Below the pieces are notes generated by a model. That model did not search any database. It was given only the letters and a program-made list of their open reading frames with translations, and was not told where the DNA came from. Source: a virus (taxonomy: Duplodnaviria; Caudoviricetes). From it: 58,521 nt of DNA. Made by a program: the position numbers and the translations under genes. The stretch spans positions 1-58,521 of the IMG/VR virus record IMGVR_UViG_3300049927_000079, one strand, 5' to 3'. This document shows, one piece after another, positions 15,777 through 25,741 of this stretch (position 1 is the stretch's first letter; each line of letters starts with the position of its first letter).

Positions 15777-16967
15777 ATGAGCCGATTCCCGTTGCTCTTT
15801 CTTTCTGATGCTCCGACCGCAGGAACCGGCCTTTCTCGGATTACGCGGGATCTCGCCGTTAGAATAGCGACCCATCTTTCTGATGTGATCGAGGTAGGGA
15901 CATTGGGTTACGGTGGGCCGATGTCGCGCTCGCTCCCTTTCCCGCAATATCACATGGAAATGGAAAATTGGGTTGTGCGCAATCTCCCGGAAGTCTGGGC
16001 TGATTTTGCAGGGGAGAGGAAGGGCGCAATCTTTGTTATCTGGGATGGTTCGCGTGTTCTTTGGTTCGCACACCCAGAAAATTGTCAAGATGTCCAACTC
16101 CGTAAATTCCTGCAGGAGTCAACGTTCTCGCGATGGCTGTATGCGCCAATGGATGCAACAGGTCCACATGACCGCTTGACTGCCGTCCTCAAGCATACGG
16201 CAGAAGGGTTTGACCGAGTGCTCGCGTATTCATCGTGGGCAGAGGAAATCCTACGAAGAACATTGTGGAAGAAACCGCTATTGCAGACATTGACCAACCT
16301 GCCGCACGGTTTAGATAGTTCAGTGTTCTACCCGCGCGATAGAGCGGAAGCAAGAGCGAAATTTGGCGAACGAATCGGGATGAGGAACCAGACTGGTAAA
16401 TGGTTATATATCCCCGACAACTTCTTTGTCGTTGGGATTGTCGCCACTAATCAGGCGCGAAAAGATTACGGCCTCGGACTTCAGGTAGTCGCGCAACTTG
16501 CCAAGGAAAAACCGACCTTGGTCTGGATTCACACGGACGTCCTCGAAAGAAACTGGAGCCTACCTGCACTGCTGAATGACTTCGGGCTAAAGAACCACGC
16601 AATCACTACGGTTCCATTAACAGACGAGCAACTGGCGTGGTCGTATTCGGCGTGCGACGTGACTCTCGGCATAGGGATGTCAGAGGGCTTCGGTTTCCCG
16701 ATATTTGAGAGCTTGGCATGTGGCGTCCCGTGCATTCACGGCGATACTGGCGGAGCCCCAGAGCACATGCCTCCGCACATGCTTGTGCCTGCGGAGATGT
16801 ACCGCATAGAGGGTCCGTACAATATGTATCGCCCTGTCCACGTCGCAACTGAGTGGGTCAAGAAGATTCGCGAACTACCGCGCGGACCTGTGTCACTCCC
16901 CGAGCATCTGGACTGGAACGTGTTGTGGCCAAACTGGGAACGTTGGCTGCGGGCAGGTGTCGAATGA
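15777..16967 (+). CDS. Glycosyltransferase, GT-B fold (GT4-like)
   Basis: TGL.R, PHG.D...F.P, NQ.RKD and YSACDV......EGFGFP.FESLACGVP. Confidence 0.9.
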   Translation: MSRFPLLFLSDAPTAGTGLSRITRDLAVRIATHLSDVIEVGTLGYGGPMSRSLPFPQYHMEMENWVVRNLPEVWADFAGERKGAIFVIWDGSRVLWFAHPENCQDVQLRKFLQESTFSRWLYAPMDATGPHDRLTAVLKHTAEGFDRVLAYSSWAEEILRRTLWKKPLLQTLTNLPHGLDSSVFYPRDRAEARAKFGERIGMRNQTGKWLYIPDNFFVVGIVATNQARKDYGLGLQVVAQLAKEKPTLVWIHTDVLERNWSLPALLNDFGLKNHAITTVPLTDEQLAWSYSACDVTLGIGMSEGFGFPIFESLACGVPCIHGDTGGAPEHMPPHMLVPAEMYRIEGPYNMYRPVHVATEWVKKIRELPRGPVSLPEHLDWNVLWPNWERWLRAGVE

Positions 16968-17689
16968 AACTCGCCATCATGTGCCCGAGCACAGGAGGAC
17001 ACGAAGAGGCCGTGAGCAGTTGGCTTATGCGGGAGCATGAATTGTGGGAGGTATTCGTGGACTCCGCAATCGAAGGCGAGGGCGCCGGCTACTTGCAGAA
17101 AGTGCAGAACTTCTATCTACACACCGACGCAGACGTAATCGCGTATTTTCATTCCGACCTCTTCATTCGCGAATGGGATTGGGATGGTCGCGTGCTCCGC
17201 GAGTTTGAAGATCCCAACGTAGTTCTGGTCAGTTTCTTTGGTGCGAAAGAACTGGGGCGCTCAAACATCTACGTGGACCCTTACGACTACCGCCAACTGG
17301 CCCGCGGAGGTTGCTACTCGAACATGCGCGACTGGTTCAACCACGGCCAGTGCTGCACGGGCGCAATGGACGTAGCCATGATTGACAGCTTCTCGCTCAT
17401 CGTGCGGCGATCGTTTTTGGATGAACTTGGCGGATGGCCCATGCACTGCCCGCCGTCACATGGCAGCGATATGTGGCTTTGCATGATGGCCGCGCGGCAC
17501 AAGAAGAAAGTAAGGCTGGTCGGGATTGACTGCTCGCACTCTAGCGGAGGCGTGCGCGGAGATGGGAAGTTTGATTACCCCGCCTGGGCTGCAACGACCA
17601 AGTGGGGCTCCGATGCCGCGATGCACCAGGTGTGGCACCGGTACCTCTACGACGAGTTCAAGGATGTCTTGCCGATAAAGGTGGCGTGA
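16964..17689 (+). CDS. Glycosyltransferase, GT-A fold (GT2-like)
   Basis: DVIAYFHSD, V..IDSFS..VRR....LGG and D...C......K.V......H.SG. Confidence 0.75.
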   Translation: MKLAIMCPSTGGHEEAVSSWLMREHELWEVFVDSAIEGEGAGYLQKVQNFYLHTDADVIAYFHSDLFIREWDWDGRVLREFEDPNVVLVSFFGAKELGRSNIYVDPYDYRQLARGGCYSNMRDWFNHGQCCTGAMDVAMIDSFSLIVRRSFLDELGGWPMHCPPSHGSDMWLCMMAARHKKKVRLVGIDCSHSSGGVRGDGKFDYPAWAATTKWGSDAAMHQVWHRYLYDEFKDVLPIKVA

Positions 17690-18198
17690 TGGCGTTCGTG
17701 CGATCAGGGCTTAACTTCCGCGAAGTGGAGGAGCGCGATCTGCACTGGTTGCGCGACTTGCGAAATGATCCACGTAACACTCCTGGCTGGCGCGATCCGC
17801 GCTCTGTCCAGACTATGCATAACCAGGATGCCTGGTACATGGCGCTCAACAATCTAAACCAGGCATTCATCGCGCTGGACGGGCAGGTGATTATAGGACT
17901 ACTCCGGTTTCGCCTCGACTACCCCATGTCAATCGCAGCCATGACGGGTACGGATGTACTCGAAGGCATGACAGGTCAAGGCTACGGTCGCCGCATCCTC
18001 CGCTCCGGCGCCGAGTACGTGATTCAGGAACTTGGGTTCCATCGGGTGACTGCGGAAGCGCTGGAATCGAACACGGCTGCCATCCACATCATCCAGGCAG
18101 CAGGATTTAAGTCGGAAGGCGTCTTGCGCGGGTATATGTGGCGCAATGGCAAGTGGAACAACTGGCACCTGTTCGGGATGCTGCGGGAGGATCTTTGA
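17689..18198 (+). CDS. GNAT N-acyltransferase (RimJ/PseH-like)
   Basis: GQGYG CoA-binding motif, LGFHRV.AE..E.N..A.....GF..EG.LR. Confidence 0.85.
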   Translation: MAFVRSGLNFREVEERDLHWLRDLRNDPRNTPGWRDPRSVQTMHNQDAWYMALNNLNQAFIALDGQVIIGLLRFRLDYPMSIAAMTGTDVLEGMTGQGYGRRILRSGAEYVIQELGFHRVTAEALESNTAAIHIIQAAGFKSEGVLRGYMWRNGKWNNWHLFGMLREDL

Positions 18199-18842
18199 TT
18201 CTCGTCTTTGGCGGTCTCACGGGCGGTCTCGGTGAACCTCTCCACAAGGATCTCTGCGCCCTGTACTCGGACCAAGTGGTTATGGCAATCGGCCGTACAA
18301 ATTGCAACGTAGAGAGCGAGGACTCGATTGCCGCGTTCCTGAAGTTGCTGTCCGTAGCCAACCCGTTGCACATCATCAACGCGACCGGATTCTCTGTCTC
18401 TGCCGTGATTCACAAGACAGACGTTGCAGACATCCACAAGATATTCCGCGTGAACGTGACTGCAAACATTCTGCTCTTGAAGCACGCGCGGGAACTGTAC
18501 AAGGTTCATGGCGGGACGTTCACCATGCTTTCCTCTGTCACCGCAAGCGATGGCCCTGTAGGGACCGCGGCGTATGCAGCGTCCAAAGCGGCCTTGCACG
18601 GGCTGGTCAGAGTCGCAGCGAAAGAGTTTGCCATGTTCAAGACTCGCGTAAACTGCCTGGAGTTGGGATACTTCAACCGCGGCATGATTTCCGAAGTGCC
18701 AAGCACGCGCCTGCAGAATCTCATTGAAGGAATCCCGTTAGAGGATCTTGGGACCGTGAACGCACTGGCCCACGCCTGCAAGTTCCTGATTGATTGCGAG
18801 TACGTGACCGGCGCCATCGTGAAGGTCAACGGAGGACTATGA
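18195..18842 (+). CDS. Classical SDR oxidoreductase (FabG-like)
   Basis: GGLTGGLG, LSS, YAASK, RVN...LGY and YVTG....NGG; TTG start. Confidence 0.85.
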   Translation: MILVFGGLTGGLGEPLHKDLCALYSDQVVMAIGRTNCNVESEDSIAAFLKLLSVANPLHIINATGFSVSAVIHKTDVADIHKIFRVNVTANILLLKHARELYKVHGGTFTMLSSVTASDGPVGTAAYAASKAALHGLVRVAAKEFAMFKTRVNCLELGYFNRGMISEVPSTRLQNLIEGIPLEDLGTVNALAHACKFLIDCEYVTGAIVKVNGGL

Positions 18843-19897
18843 TCCCGCTTTTCAAACATTACGTTGCACCCGAGGCGGCCGCAGCAGTCGCAGAAACGTT
18901 GGCATCGAGTTGTATTGGCCAAGGTCCGAAGGTAGACGAGTTCGAGAAAGCGCTGGAACCGTGGATTGGCCCGAACGTCACCGTCAACTCTGGCACAAGC
19001 GCTCTGTGGCTGGCTTACGACCTCGCCGGCATCAAGCCTGGGGACTACGTGATAGCGAGCCCCATGACGTGTCTGCTGGCCAATGTGCCACTGGCGCACA
19101 TGGGAGCGCGTATCCTGTGGGCCGACGTCTACCCGGATACGGGGTTGATTGACCCAGACTCAGTTGAGCGATTGCTAAAGAAGTATCCCGGCGTGGTCGC
19201 TATCTGCTGCGTGGATTACGCGGGAGTGGTCTGCGATTACCAATCGCTCAAAGAATTAGCCGAGACCTACGGATGCAGTTTGATTTCGGATGCTGCTCAC
19301 TCCTTCGGAGCAAACCTCGGCAATCTTGCACACATGACGGCGTACAGTTTCCAGGCGATAAAACATCTCACCACGGGAGATGGTGGATCACTCGCAACCA
19401 TCAGCAATAGCCCGCTTCGCCGGAAAGCCATCCTGAAACGCTGGTGCGGCCTCGACCGTACAAGCGGAGGATTCCGCTGCGACCAGATTGTGACCGCGAA
19501 GGGGTACAAGTTCCACCTTACCGACATCGCCGCCTCGATCGGACTGGCAAACTTGCCGCACGTCGCTAAGAACATTTCCATCCATCGCTGGCACGCACAG
19601 CAGTACAACGCAGCCGGCGTAGGGAACATGCCGATTGACTCATCCTGCTGGATGTACAACGTCATGGTGGATGACCGGGACGGCTTCGTGAAGCACATGG
19701 CCAAGCGCGGAGTGCAGGCTGCGCGCACGCATAACCGGAATGACCGGCATCCGATATTCAGCGCGATGGAACAACACCTGCCGGGAGTTACGCAGTTCAA
19801 CGATCGCCAGTGCTCGATACCCGTGGGCTGGTGGCTTTCAGATGCGGACGTTAAGCAAGTAATCGACGCCGTGCAGGAATGGAGTGTGATGCCATGA
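18839..19897 (+). CDS. DegT/DnrJ/EryC1/StrS sugar aminotransferase
   Basis: GPKV.EFE, VNSGTSAL, DAAHSFG and SFQAIKHLTTGDGG (PLP lysine). Confidence 0.95.
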   Translation: MIPLFKHYVAPEAAAAVAETLASSCIGQGPKVDEFEKALEPWIGPNVTVNSGTSALWLAYDLAGIKPGDYVIASPMTCLLANVPLAHMGARILWADVYPDTGLIDPDSVERLLKKYPGVVAICCVDYAGVVCDYQSLKELAETYGCSLISDAAHSFGANLGNLAHMTAYSFQAIKHLTTGDGGSLATISNSPLRRKAILKRWCGLDRTSGGFRCDQIVTAKGYKFHLTDIAASIGLANLPHVAKNISIHRWHAQQYNAAGVGNMPIDSSCWMYNVMVDDRDGFVKHMAKRGVQAARTHNRNDRHPIFSAMEQHLPGVTQFNDRQCSIPVGWWLSDADVKQVIDAVQEWSVMP

Positions 19898-20091
19898 TCG
19901 CTCAAGAAGATACCGAACTTGTCAACTGGATACTCGGTATTCAGCGCCTACATGCCGGCAGTTTCTTACAGGCGATAGCCGATGCTGCCGTGCGTGCGGA
20001 CGGACAGAACTACCTGTTGCTCCGCCCCGCACTGCTACAGTTCCGCTCTAAATATCCAGAGTACGATGCGGATAAACAGGGTGGCCGATGA
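19894..20091 (+). CDS. Small hypothetical protein
   Basis: GSFLQAIADAA.RAD..N...L; coupled at both ends. Confidence 0.6.
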   Translation: MIAQEDTELVNWILGIQRLHAGSFLQAIADAAVRADGQNYLLLRPALLQFRSKYPEYDADKQGGR

Positions 20092-20804
20092 ACCCCTGCC
20101 TGATGCTCACCCGCAACAATCTTGCCCTAACCATGCGTGCCGCCGCATCGGTCATGCGCCAGTCGGTGCGGACACAGCTCTACATCGTGGACAACGGGAG
20201 CACGGACGGAACACAAGACTGCCTGTTCACCGCTGGCAGTGCATTGCTCACACGCTTTGAGACAAACATGGGCGTGTCGTTTGGCTGGAACGATGGACTC
20301 GGGAGAATCTTTGGAACCGACCCACTGTATTCCAAGCACGAGAAGATTCAGGCCGATCATTGCCTTGTAATCAACAACGACGTGGTTCTGCCCGTTTGGT
20401 TCTACGAGCAACTGCTGTCCTACAACAAGCCGTTCGTCTCCGGCGTCTCCGTGGACAAGATGGAACAGATTGCGGAGCCAGCACCGATGGGACCGCTGCA
20501 TCCGCATCCGGATTTCTCCGCGTTCCTAATCAAGCGCGAGGTATGGGATACGGTAGGGCAGTTCGATGAGAGCATGAAGCACTACGCCTCCGACAACGAC
20601 TTCCACGTTCGCGCGCAGCGTGCCGGCGCCGCGCTCTGGAAAGCGAATGTGCCCTTCTACCATGAGCGGTCGTCCACTATTAACCTTGCTACACCGGAGG
20701 AGAGGCTGGAACTGACTGAGCAGGCAAGCAAGGATCGGCAGAGGTTTTTTGAGAAGTGGGGCGTGATGCCGTGGGGTCCGGGGTATGATGCGTTATTCGG
20801 ATGA
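20088..20804 (+). CDS. Glycosyltransferase family 2
   Basis: IVDNGSTDGT, N.G...GWN.G, NNDV and GQFDE......DND...R. Confidence 0.9.
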   Translation: MNPCLMLTRNNLALTMRAAASVMRQSVRTQLYIVDNGSTDGTQDCLFTAGSALLTRFETNMGVSFGWNDGLGRIFGTDPLYSKHEKIQADHCLVINNDVVLPVWFYEQLLSYNKPFVSGVSVDKMEQIAEPAPMGPLHPHPDFSAFLIKREVWDTVGQFDESMKHYASDNDFHVRAQRAGAALWKANVPFYHERSSTINLATPEERLELTEQASKDRQRFFEKWGVMPWGPGYDALFG

Positions 20805-21720
20805 ACCCGTACTTCTCCTCTGGTTCAACCTCTGGTAGCGTGTAACAGCACTTCCGAAACGGACATGGGACTGGCCAATCACAACCGCTTAGATTCGCTT
20901 CTGGCGTGCGCCTCATCGCGTAGATTCTGCTTAACTTTTCTTGCGCCATTCTTTGAACCCGAAGAAGATGAGGAGTGGGTGGAATGGGGATGTCCTCGCG
21001 GAAGCAGACATCCTGCATCACGCCGTCCCTTAGCATCGCGTCCAGCCACTTCTTCCGGCTAATCTCGTCATGGTCCTCGCGGTAGATTTTCGTCCAACGG
21101 TCGCTAAACACATTAAATGGCAACTTGGAACCCATGCGTCTTTTGCGGAAGCGCAGGTCGCTGTTTGCGGGATGCAGGAAGCCACTCGCCCAAGGGCTCG
21201 ATGACCGCTTGCCGTCTCTCTGCTGCCCTATGACAATCACAATCATCTGCATCGGTAATTCGTACATAGCCTGCTCGCCCAAGGTGTACCACGACCGACA
21301 CTCGCTGGCATGGCGCTCATCCGACCAATGCGTGACCAGTACCACCCGGCGCAGCGTGTCGCCGCTGGCTGAGACATAGCACCCCGACGTCCAGTTTTCC
21401 ACAGGTTCAGGGGTAAGCCAGGGCGGATCTCCCGGCTTGCGGATGCAGGTTACTACCAGGTCTGCGATGCAGGCATGGTGGACCACGGCATCGTAGATTC
21501 CATTGTGGGTGTCGGTCTCCAGGCCGCGGTCCTGGGCCAACTGCAGCATTGCCGACCCCGCCAAGGTGCCCCAATCCTGCTCGCCTGCGGCTCCCAGGGC
21601 GATTCGGATGGCTTCTGCCATCATCCGGGTAGAGTTTAGCTTCTGGGGCTCCCAGGACCGCGAGAAGTAGCCTTTACGGTCGCAGGTCTCAAAATTGGAG
21701 AGTAATTCAGGGGTGTTCAT
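20689..21720 (-). CDS. Divergent PD-(D/E)XK/Cas4-like protein
   Basis: N-terminal F.TC.RK and C-terminal C....PCPFRKCC cysteines; catalytic motifs unclear. Confidence 0.45.
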   Translation of the reverse strand: MNTPELLSNFETCDRKGYFSRSWEPQKLNSTRMMAEAIRIALGAAGEQDWGTLAGSAMLQLAQDRGLETDTHNGIYDAVVHHACIADLVVTCIRKPGDPPWLTPEPVENWTSGCYVSASGDTLRRVVLVTHWSDERHASECRSWYTLGEQAMYELPMQMIVIVIGQQRDGKRSSSPWASGFLHPANSDLRFRKRRMGSKLPFNVFSDRWTKIYREDHDEISRKKWLDAMLRDGVMQDVCFREDIPIPPTPHLLRVQRMAQEKLSRIYAMRRTPEANLSGCDWPVPCPFRKCCYTLPEVEPEEKYGFIRITHHTPDPTASRPTSQKTSADPCLPAQSVPASPPV

Positions 21721-23633
21721 CTGCCCATGAGTTCGAGCGCGTCCTTGCGGTTGTGAACGTTCGACACGCCGGCAGTAGCGCCCATGATCCGCGCCACATT
21801 CGCGGGACCGAGCAAAGCCTTGGCCGCGGGAGAGGGTTGCACCTTGTTCGCTATGGCCGCATCGGTCAAGGTGTTGATGATCTTAACCTTGCTCGAACCC
21901 TTAATCCTGCTTATGGCGTCCAGTTCCGCCTGGGGAGTCTTGACCAGCCAATCAGCCACCTTGGGGTTATTCAAGGCGCGGGACATGGCAAACTTCCCGC
22001 CTTCGTAGGCGCCTACGCCCGAGAGCACCCCGCCCAGGATCTTCGGGTCCGCTCCCAGGACGGCCGCGACAATCTCCGCTACTCCGCTCGAAGCGATAAT
22101 ACCGATGTCGCGAGCGTTGAAGTCTCCAATCCGGGCCGCACGTCGCATGATCGAGTCCCTTGCGACTTGCTCTGCGTCCACAACTGGAGCCTTAACCGGC
22201 TTGATGGCTTTGTCGGCGCCCATTTTCCGCAGGTTCTCATGGTGCCCAAGCATCTCTTCGACTGTGGTTGCTGCTTCGTTACCGCCGTGCTGCGGATACT
22301 TCCGGAGAATGTCTACGCCGCGGTTGCCCAGTTCAGAGTTTGCGGACCCTGTGAACGGTCCCCGGATTCTCGCAGGATCTACAGCGTTGAGCGCTCTAGC
22401 CACAGGCGAGCCCGAACCCTCTTTCCCAGTCCCTTCATGGAAATCCTGCTTATATTCTCGCCACGTCTTTTTCGCATCGCCCCACAGGTCTTTTGCTCCG
22501 TGTGCTTCCGCCAGTTCTCCCATCGTGTCCACAATCGTTTCCTGGACAGAACTGAGAGCCCGCACCAGGTCGCCGTTCATGCGGGCCGATCCACGGAAGT
22601 TTTGCCGCAGTCGCGCATCAATACGGCTCTTGAGGGATTGCAACTTGTCCCAGGACATCGGTTTCGGGCCTTCGAGTTCGATATTGTGAGCCTCTGCCGC
22701 GTCCGCCACGTTTGAAGGTAACTCCTCCCCGTGACCCAGAATGGCGCGAAATTCCTTGATGTTTTCCGGGATGTCCTGAAGGATATTCGACTCCGCATTT
22801 GTGACCGCTTCTGTTAGCGGCTTGGGATCAACTTCCGGGTTGCCAATCTTCTCGCGCACCGCATCAAATTTGGCGTCCGCTGCCTTGTGGACCGACTCTT
22901 CCACCTTCCCGATATGCTGGCGAGCCTTCACGCTGGTTTCGTCCAACGTTTTTGCCAGCGTTTTCCGCTGTGCTGCAGTCTCGGTCGCTTCCGCGTGAGC
23001 GCCTTCCGCCTTAGCTGTATCTTCGGCGGCCTTATTCACCGCACGCTTCAAGTCGCTTTCTGGACCAGAAACCTTGCGAGCAAAGCGTTGCGCCTTCTCT
23101 GGCAGTCCTTTAGTGATCGACTCGCGCAGTTCACCCGGAGTGGCTGGCGCCTTGATCTTGCCTAAGACTCGCCCGCCCAGTTCGCCAGCCGCCTGGGAGC
23201 CCACTCCCACCCCGAGCGCTTCCGGTAGAACGCTCAACGCCGCTCTCGGAGTTACCTTTCCCGAGGCATAATCCTTCACGGCACTTTCGACGGGATCTAC
23301 CACTAAGCGTTCGAGCCCGAGCCCCACTCGCTTGAGTCCACCCGTGTCGCCGCTGTACTTCTTGGTTTCCTCTTCCGTTGGCTCATCCGCGAACGCATGG
23401 TAGACGGCGCCAGGAGTCCCGAGCACAGCACCGCCCGCAGCACTGAGGGCACGCACTGCGACGTTTGAATCCTCCGCGCCGGGATCATAAGGAGCGACCA
23501 GGCGCTTGTAGAAGCCGGGAGTCTGCGGGGCTTGCGCGTCCTGCTGTACAGGTTCCGCAATGGCTGCGAAGGGATCAGCTCCGCCAGGAGCGGATACAGG
23601 TTCAGCGATCGAAGCGAATGGATCTTCTGCCAC
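21717..23633 (-). CDS. Putative internal virion/ejection protein
   Basis: DPFA.IAEPV N-terminal repeats; Ala/Gly-rich helical; end of the structural operon. Confidence 0.6.
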   Translation of the reverse strand: MAEDPFASIAEPVSAPGGADPFAAIAEPVQQDAQAPQTPGFYKRLVAPYDPGAEDSNVAVRALSAAGGAVLGTPGAVYHAFADEPTEEETKKYSGDTGGLKRVGLGLERLVVDPVESAVKDYASGKVTPRAALSVLPEALGVGVGSQAAGELGGRVLGKIKAPATPGELRESITKGLPEKAQRFARKVSGPESDLKRAVNKAAEDTAKAEGAHAEATETAAQRKTLAKTLDETSVKARQHIGKVEESVHKAADAKFDAVREKIGNPEVDPKPLTEAVTNAESNILQDIPENIKEFRAILGHGEELPSNVADAAEAHNIELEGPKPMSWDKLQSLKSRIDARLRQNFRGSARMNGDLVRALSSVQETIVDTMGELAEAHGAKDLWGDAKKTWREYKQDFHEGTGKEGSGSPVARALNAVDPARIRGPFTGSANSELGNRGVDILRKYPQHGGNEAATTVEEMLGHHENLRKMGADKAIKPVKAPVVDAEQVARDSIMRRAARIGDFNARDIGIIASSGVAEIVAAVLGADPKILGGVLSGVGAYEGGKFAMSRALNNPKVADWLVKTPQAELDAISRIKGSSKVKIINTLTDAAIANKVQPSPAAKALLGPANVARIMGATAGVSNVHNRKDALELMGR

Positions 23634-25072
23634 TAGGGTTTCACCGTATGGCCGGATGCCTCAATCGCCTTGCGGATTTCATCATCAGACTTGCCCTTCA
23701 TCTGGGGAAGCAGTTTTGCCTTCGCAAGACTGACTGCCTTGCCGGTTGATGCCGTGGTTCCACCTGCTGCCACTGGCCCGTGCGCGGCCTTGAATGCCTC
23801 CTCTTTAGCTCGTAAATTTGTGTGCGCTGCGTCTACCAGTTGCCGGATGATGTCCGCAGGATAACTGCCAGTCGTAGGAGCGTTCGCCCACGTCTCCAAC
23901 TTGTTGCCCCATCCAGCTTCCAGCATCTTGTCCAGTGCAAGACTCGTAAACCTTCCCGCTCTGGCTCTTTCGAGAGCAATGGCAAAACCTTTGACGTTCA
24001 CGGCATCATTTGGTTTCTTTGCCATCTCGTCCGCTGTCTTAGCGAGCGCGACTGCTCCATCTCGCTCAGTCCCGGCCTTTGTGATTTCAGGCGTGGCGCT
24101 TTGAATGCCGAGAGGCTTACCTACTCTCGCGCTTGATGCTGCCGGCCTCATACGATCTTTGGCCGCGCCAGGAGTCATCCCCGGTTCAACAGGAGGGGAG
24201 CCCGCGCCGCGCTCTGTGGTAACCTCCACCGGAATGTTATTTCCGTACTCGTCCTTGACGATTTTCGTGGTCCTGGACTCGCCGTTCCTTTGCGAGTCGT
24301 AAGCCATCTTTTGATTGAAGAAGGCTAACTGCTCCGGAGACCATTCCTTGATCTTCTTGCCCCAGTGCGTCTCGTAAACCGCCGCCTCTTGCGAGAATTT
24401 GGAAGTTCCGCCAGCCGTACCCTTGCGCTGTTCGCGGTAAGCCTGCTCTTGCGCGGCAGTCGGATTGTCCGGGTCTCCGCCTTCAGACTCCACGAATCGC
24501 TTGAGCCCTTGCCCATAGTCGCTTACCTTGCCAGCACGTGCTTCTGTGCCAACCTTCGTGCGAATCGCTCTTTCCGCGTCGGCTTCCGACCATCCTATGT
24601 CCAGCAGTTGCTTCTTTTCTTTCGCGAACGGGTTGCTGTCGGTCGTAGCAGATCCAGAAGTAGCCGCCGCCGCATCAATCGGGGCCATGATGTCCGCAAA
24701 ACTCTTTTTGGCCTGTCCTGGAGTTACGGGAGCCTTGTTTTTTGAAAGATGCTGGCGGATGAACCCACCGAGATGTGCGAGGGCGCCGGGATTCTGTTCG
24801 GGATGGTAGAGGTCGGTAAGCGCCTGCCGCGCGTCATGCAGCGCCTTGTCGTTCGATTCGAGATCCTGCTGATAGTTGGGGTGTTTGGGATCTAAAGTCG
24901 ATCGCCTTTTCTGCAGGCCGGCAACATCGTCTAGGATGGATTGCGTCTGCGCTTGTAACTCTTCGTGCTGAGTCGCCTTGCGGTCAGACTTCTCATTTTC
25001 AATCCGTTGAACTGTCGGCTGGTCGCCCGCAGCTTGCGCGAATCCTTCGAGCAGGTTTTGTCCGAATGCCAT
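23633..25072 (-). CDS. Putative internal virion/ejection protein
   Basis: Start MAFGQ..EGFAQ at 25072; helical, Ala/Gln-rich. Confidence 0.6.
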   Translation of the reverse strand: MAFGQNLLEGFAQAAGDQPTVQRIENEKSDRKATQHEELQAQTQSILDDVAGLQKRRSTLDPKHPNYQQDLESNDKALHDARQALTDLYHPEQNPGALAHLGGFIRQHLSKNKAPVTPGQAKKSFADIMAPIDAAAATSGSATTDSNPFAKEKKQLLDIGWSEADAERAIRTKVGTEARAGKVSDYGQGLKRFVESEGGDPDNPTAAQEQAYREQRKGTAGGTSKFSQEAAVYETHWGKKIKEWSPEQLAFFNQKMAYDSQRNGESRTTKIVKDEYGNNIPVEVTTERGAGSPPVEPGMTPGAAKDRMRPAASSARVGKPLGIQSATPEITKAGTERDGAVALAKTADEMAKKPNDAVNVKGFAIALERARAGRFTSLALDKMLEAGWGNKLETWANAPTTGSYPADIIRQLVDAAHTNLRAKEEAFKAAHGPVAAGGTTASTGKAVSLAKAKLLPQMKGKSDDEIRKAIEASGHTVKP

Positions 25073-25082
25073 AGGTCTCTCT

Positions 25083-25715
25083 CTATATTGCCGATACATC
25101 ATCGAAGGACGTAGGATCTTCTCCGCCGCCGCCACCACCAACCGCACTAGCACCCTTTTTGAGCAGTGAAGCAAACCCGCCGCCAGGAACAAACGCGGAC
25201 GCGATCGACGTGATGCTTTTGAAGATGTCGTTCAACTTGGCCGCCTTCTGTTGCTGAATCGTGTTGGCTTCACTGAAGGCAGCTTCATGCCCGCTGGCGC
25301 CGGCCGCCAAGAGACTTGACCCACTCGCGCCCAGGGCGCTTGCCGCTTCTCCGGTCAATCCGGAAACCATCGTGTCGTACTCCGACCGAACGCCTTCCCC
25401 CGCTTCTTGCTCTGCTGCATTCGTTCCCCCGCTGCGGTTACCAAACTCAGACGCGGTTTTCTTTTGCTGTTGCGCGCGCTTGTTGATGCCCGATATTTGC
25501 GGGCCGAGCACCTTAGAAATCTTATTCGGGTCACCAGACAGGATTGACTTCCAAAAACTGTCCGCACTATTGATGTCGCTTTCCCCTTTGGACGTTGCGA
25601 AATTAGCAAGCGAGGCGATATTTCCAAACTCGCTCTTTTCCTGCTTGGTCGGACCCATCCCGATTCCGAAGAACCCGTCCTCGTTCGTCCACAGATAGCG
25701 CAACCAGCGTTTCAT
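25083..25715 (-). CDS. Putative small ejection protein (P22 gp7/T7 gp14-like)
   Basis: GGAG RBS; Ala/Gly/Ser-rich with an amphipathic C-terminus. Confidence 0.55.
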   Translation of the reverse strand: MKRWLRYLWTNEDGFFGIGMGPTKQEKSEFGNIASLANFATSKGESDINSADSFWKSILSGDPNKISKVLGPQISGINKRAQQQKKTASEFGNRSGGTNAAEQEAGEGVRSEYDTMVSGLTGEAASALGASGSSLLAAGASGHEAAFSEANTIQQQKAAKLNDIFKSITSIASAFVPGGGFASLLKKGASAVGGGGGGEDPTSFDDVSAI

Positions 25716-25741
25716 AATTGCTCCGCGCACATTGTACAACC

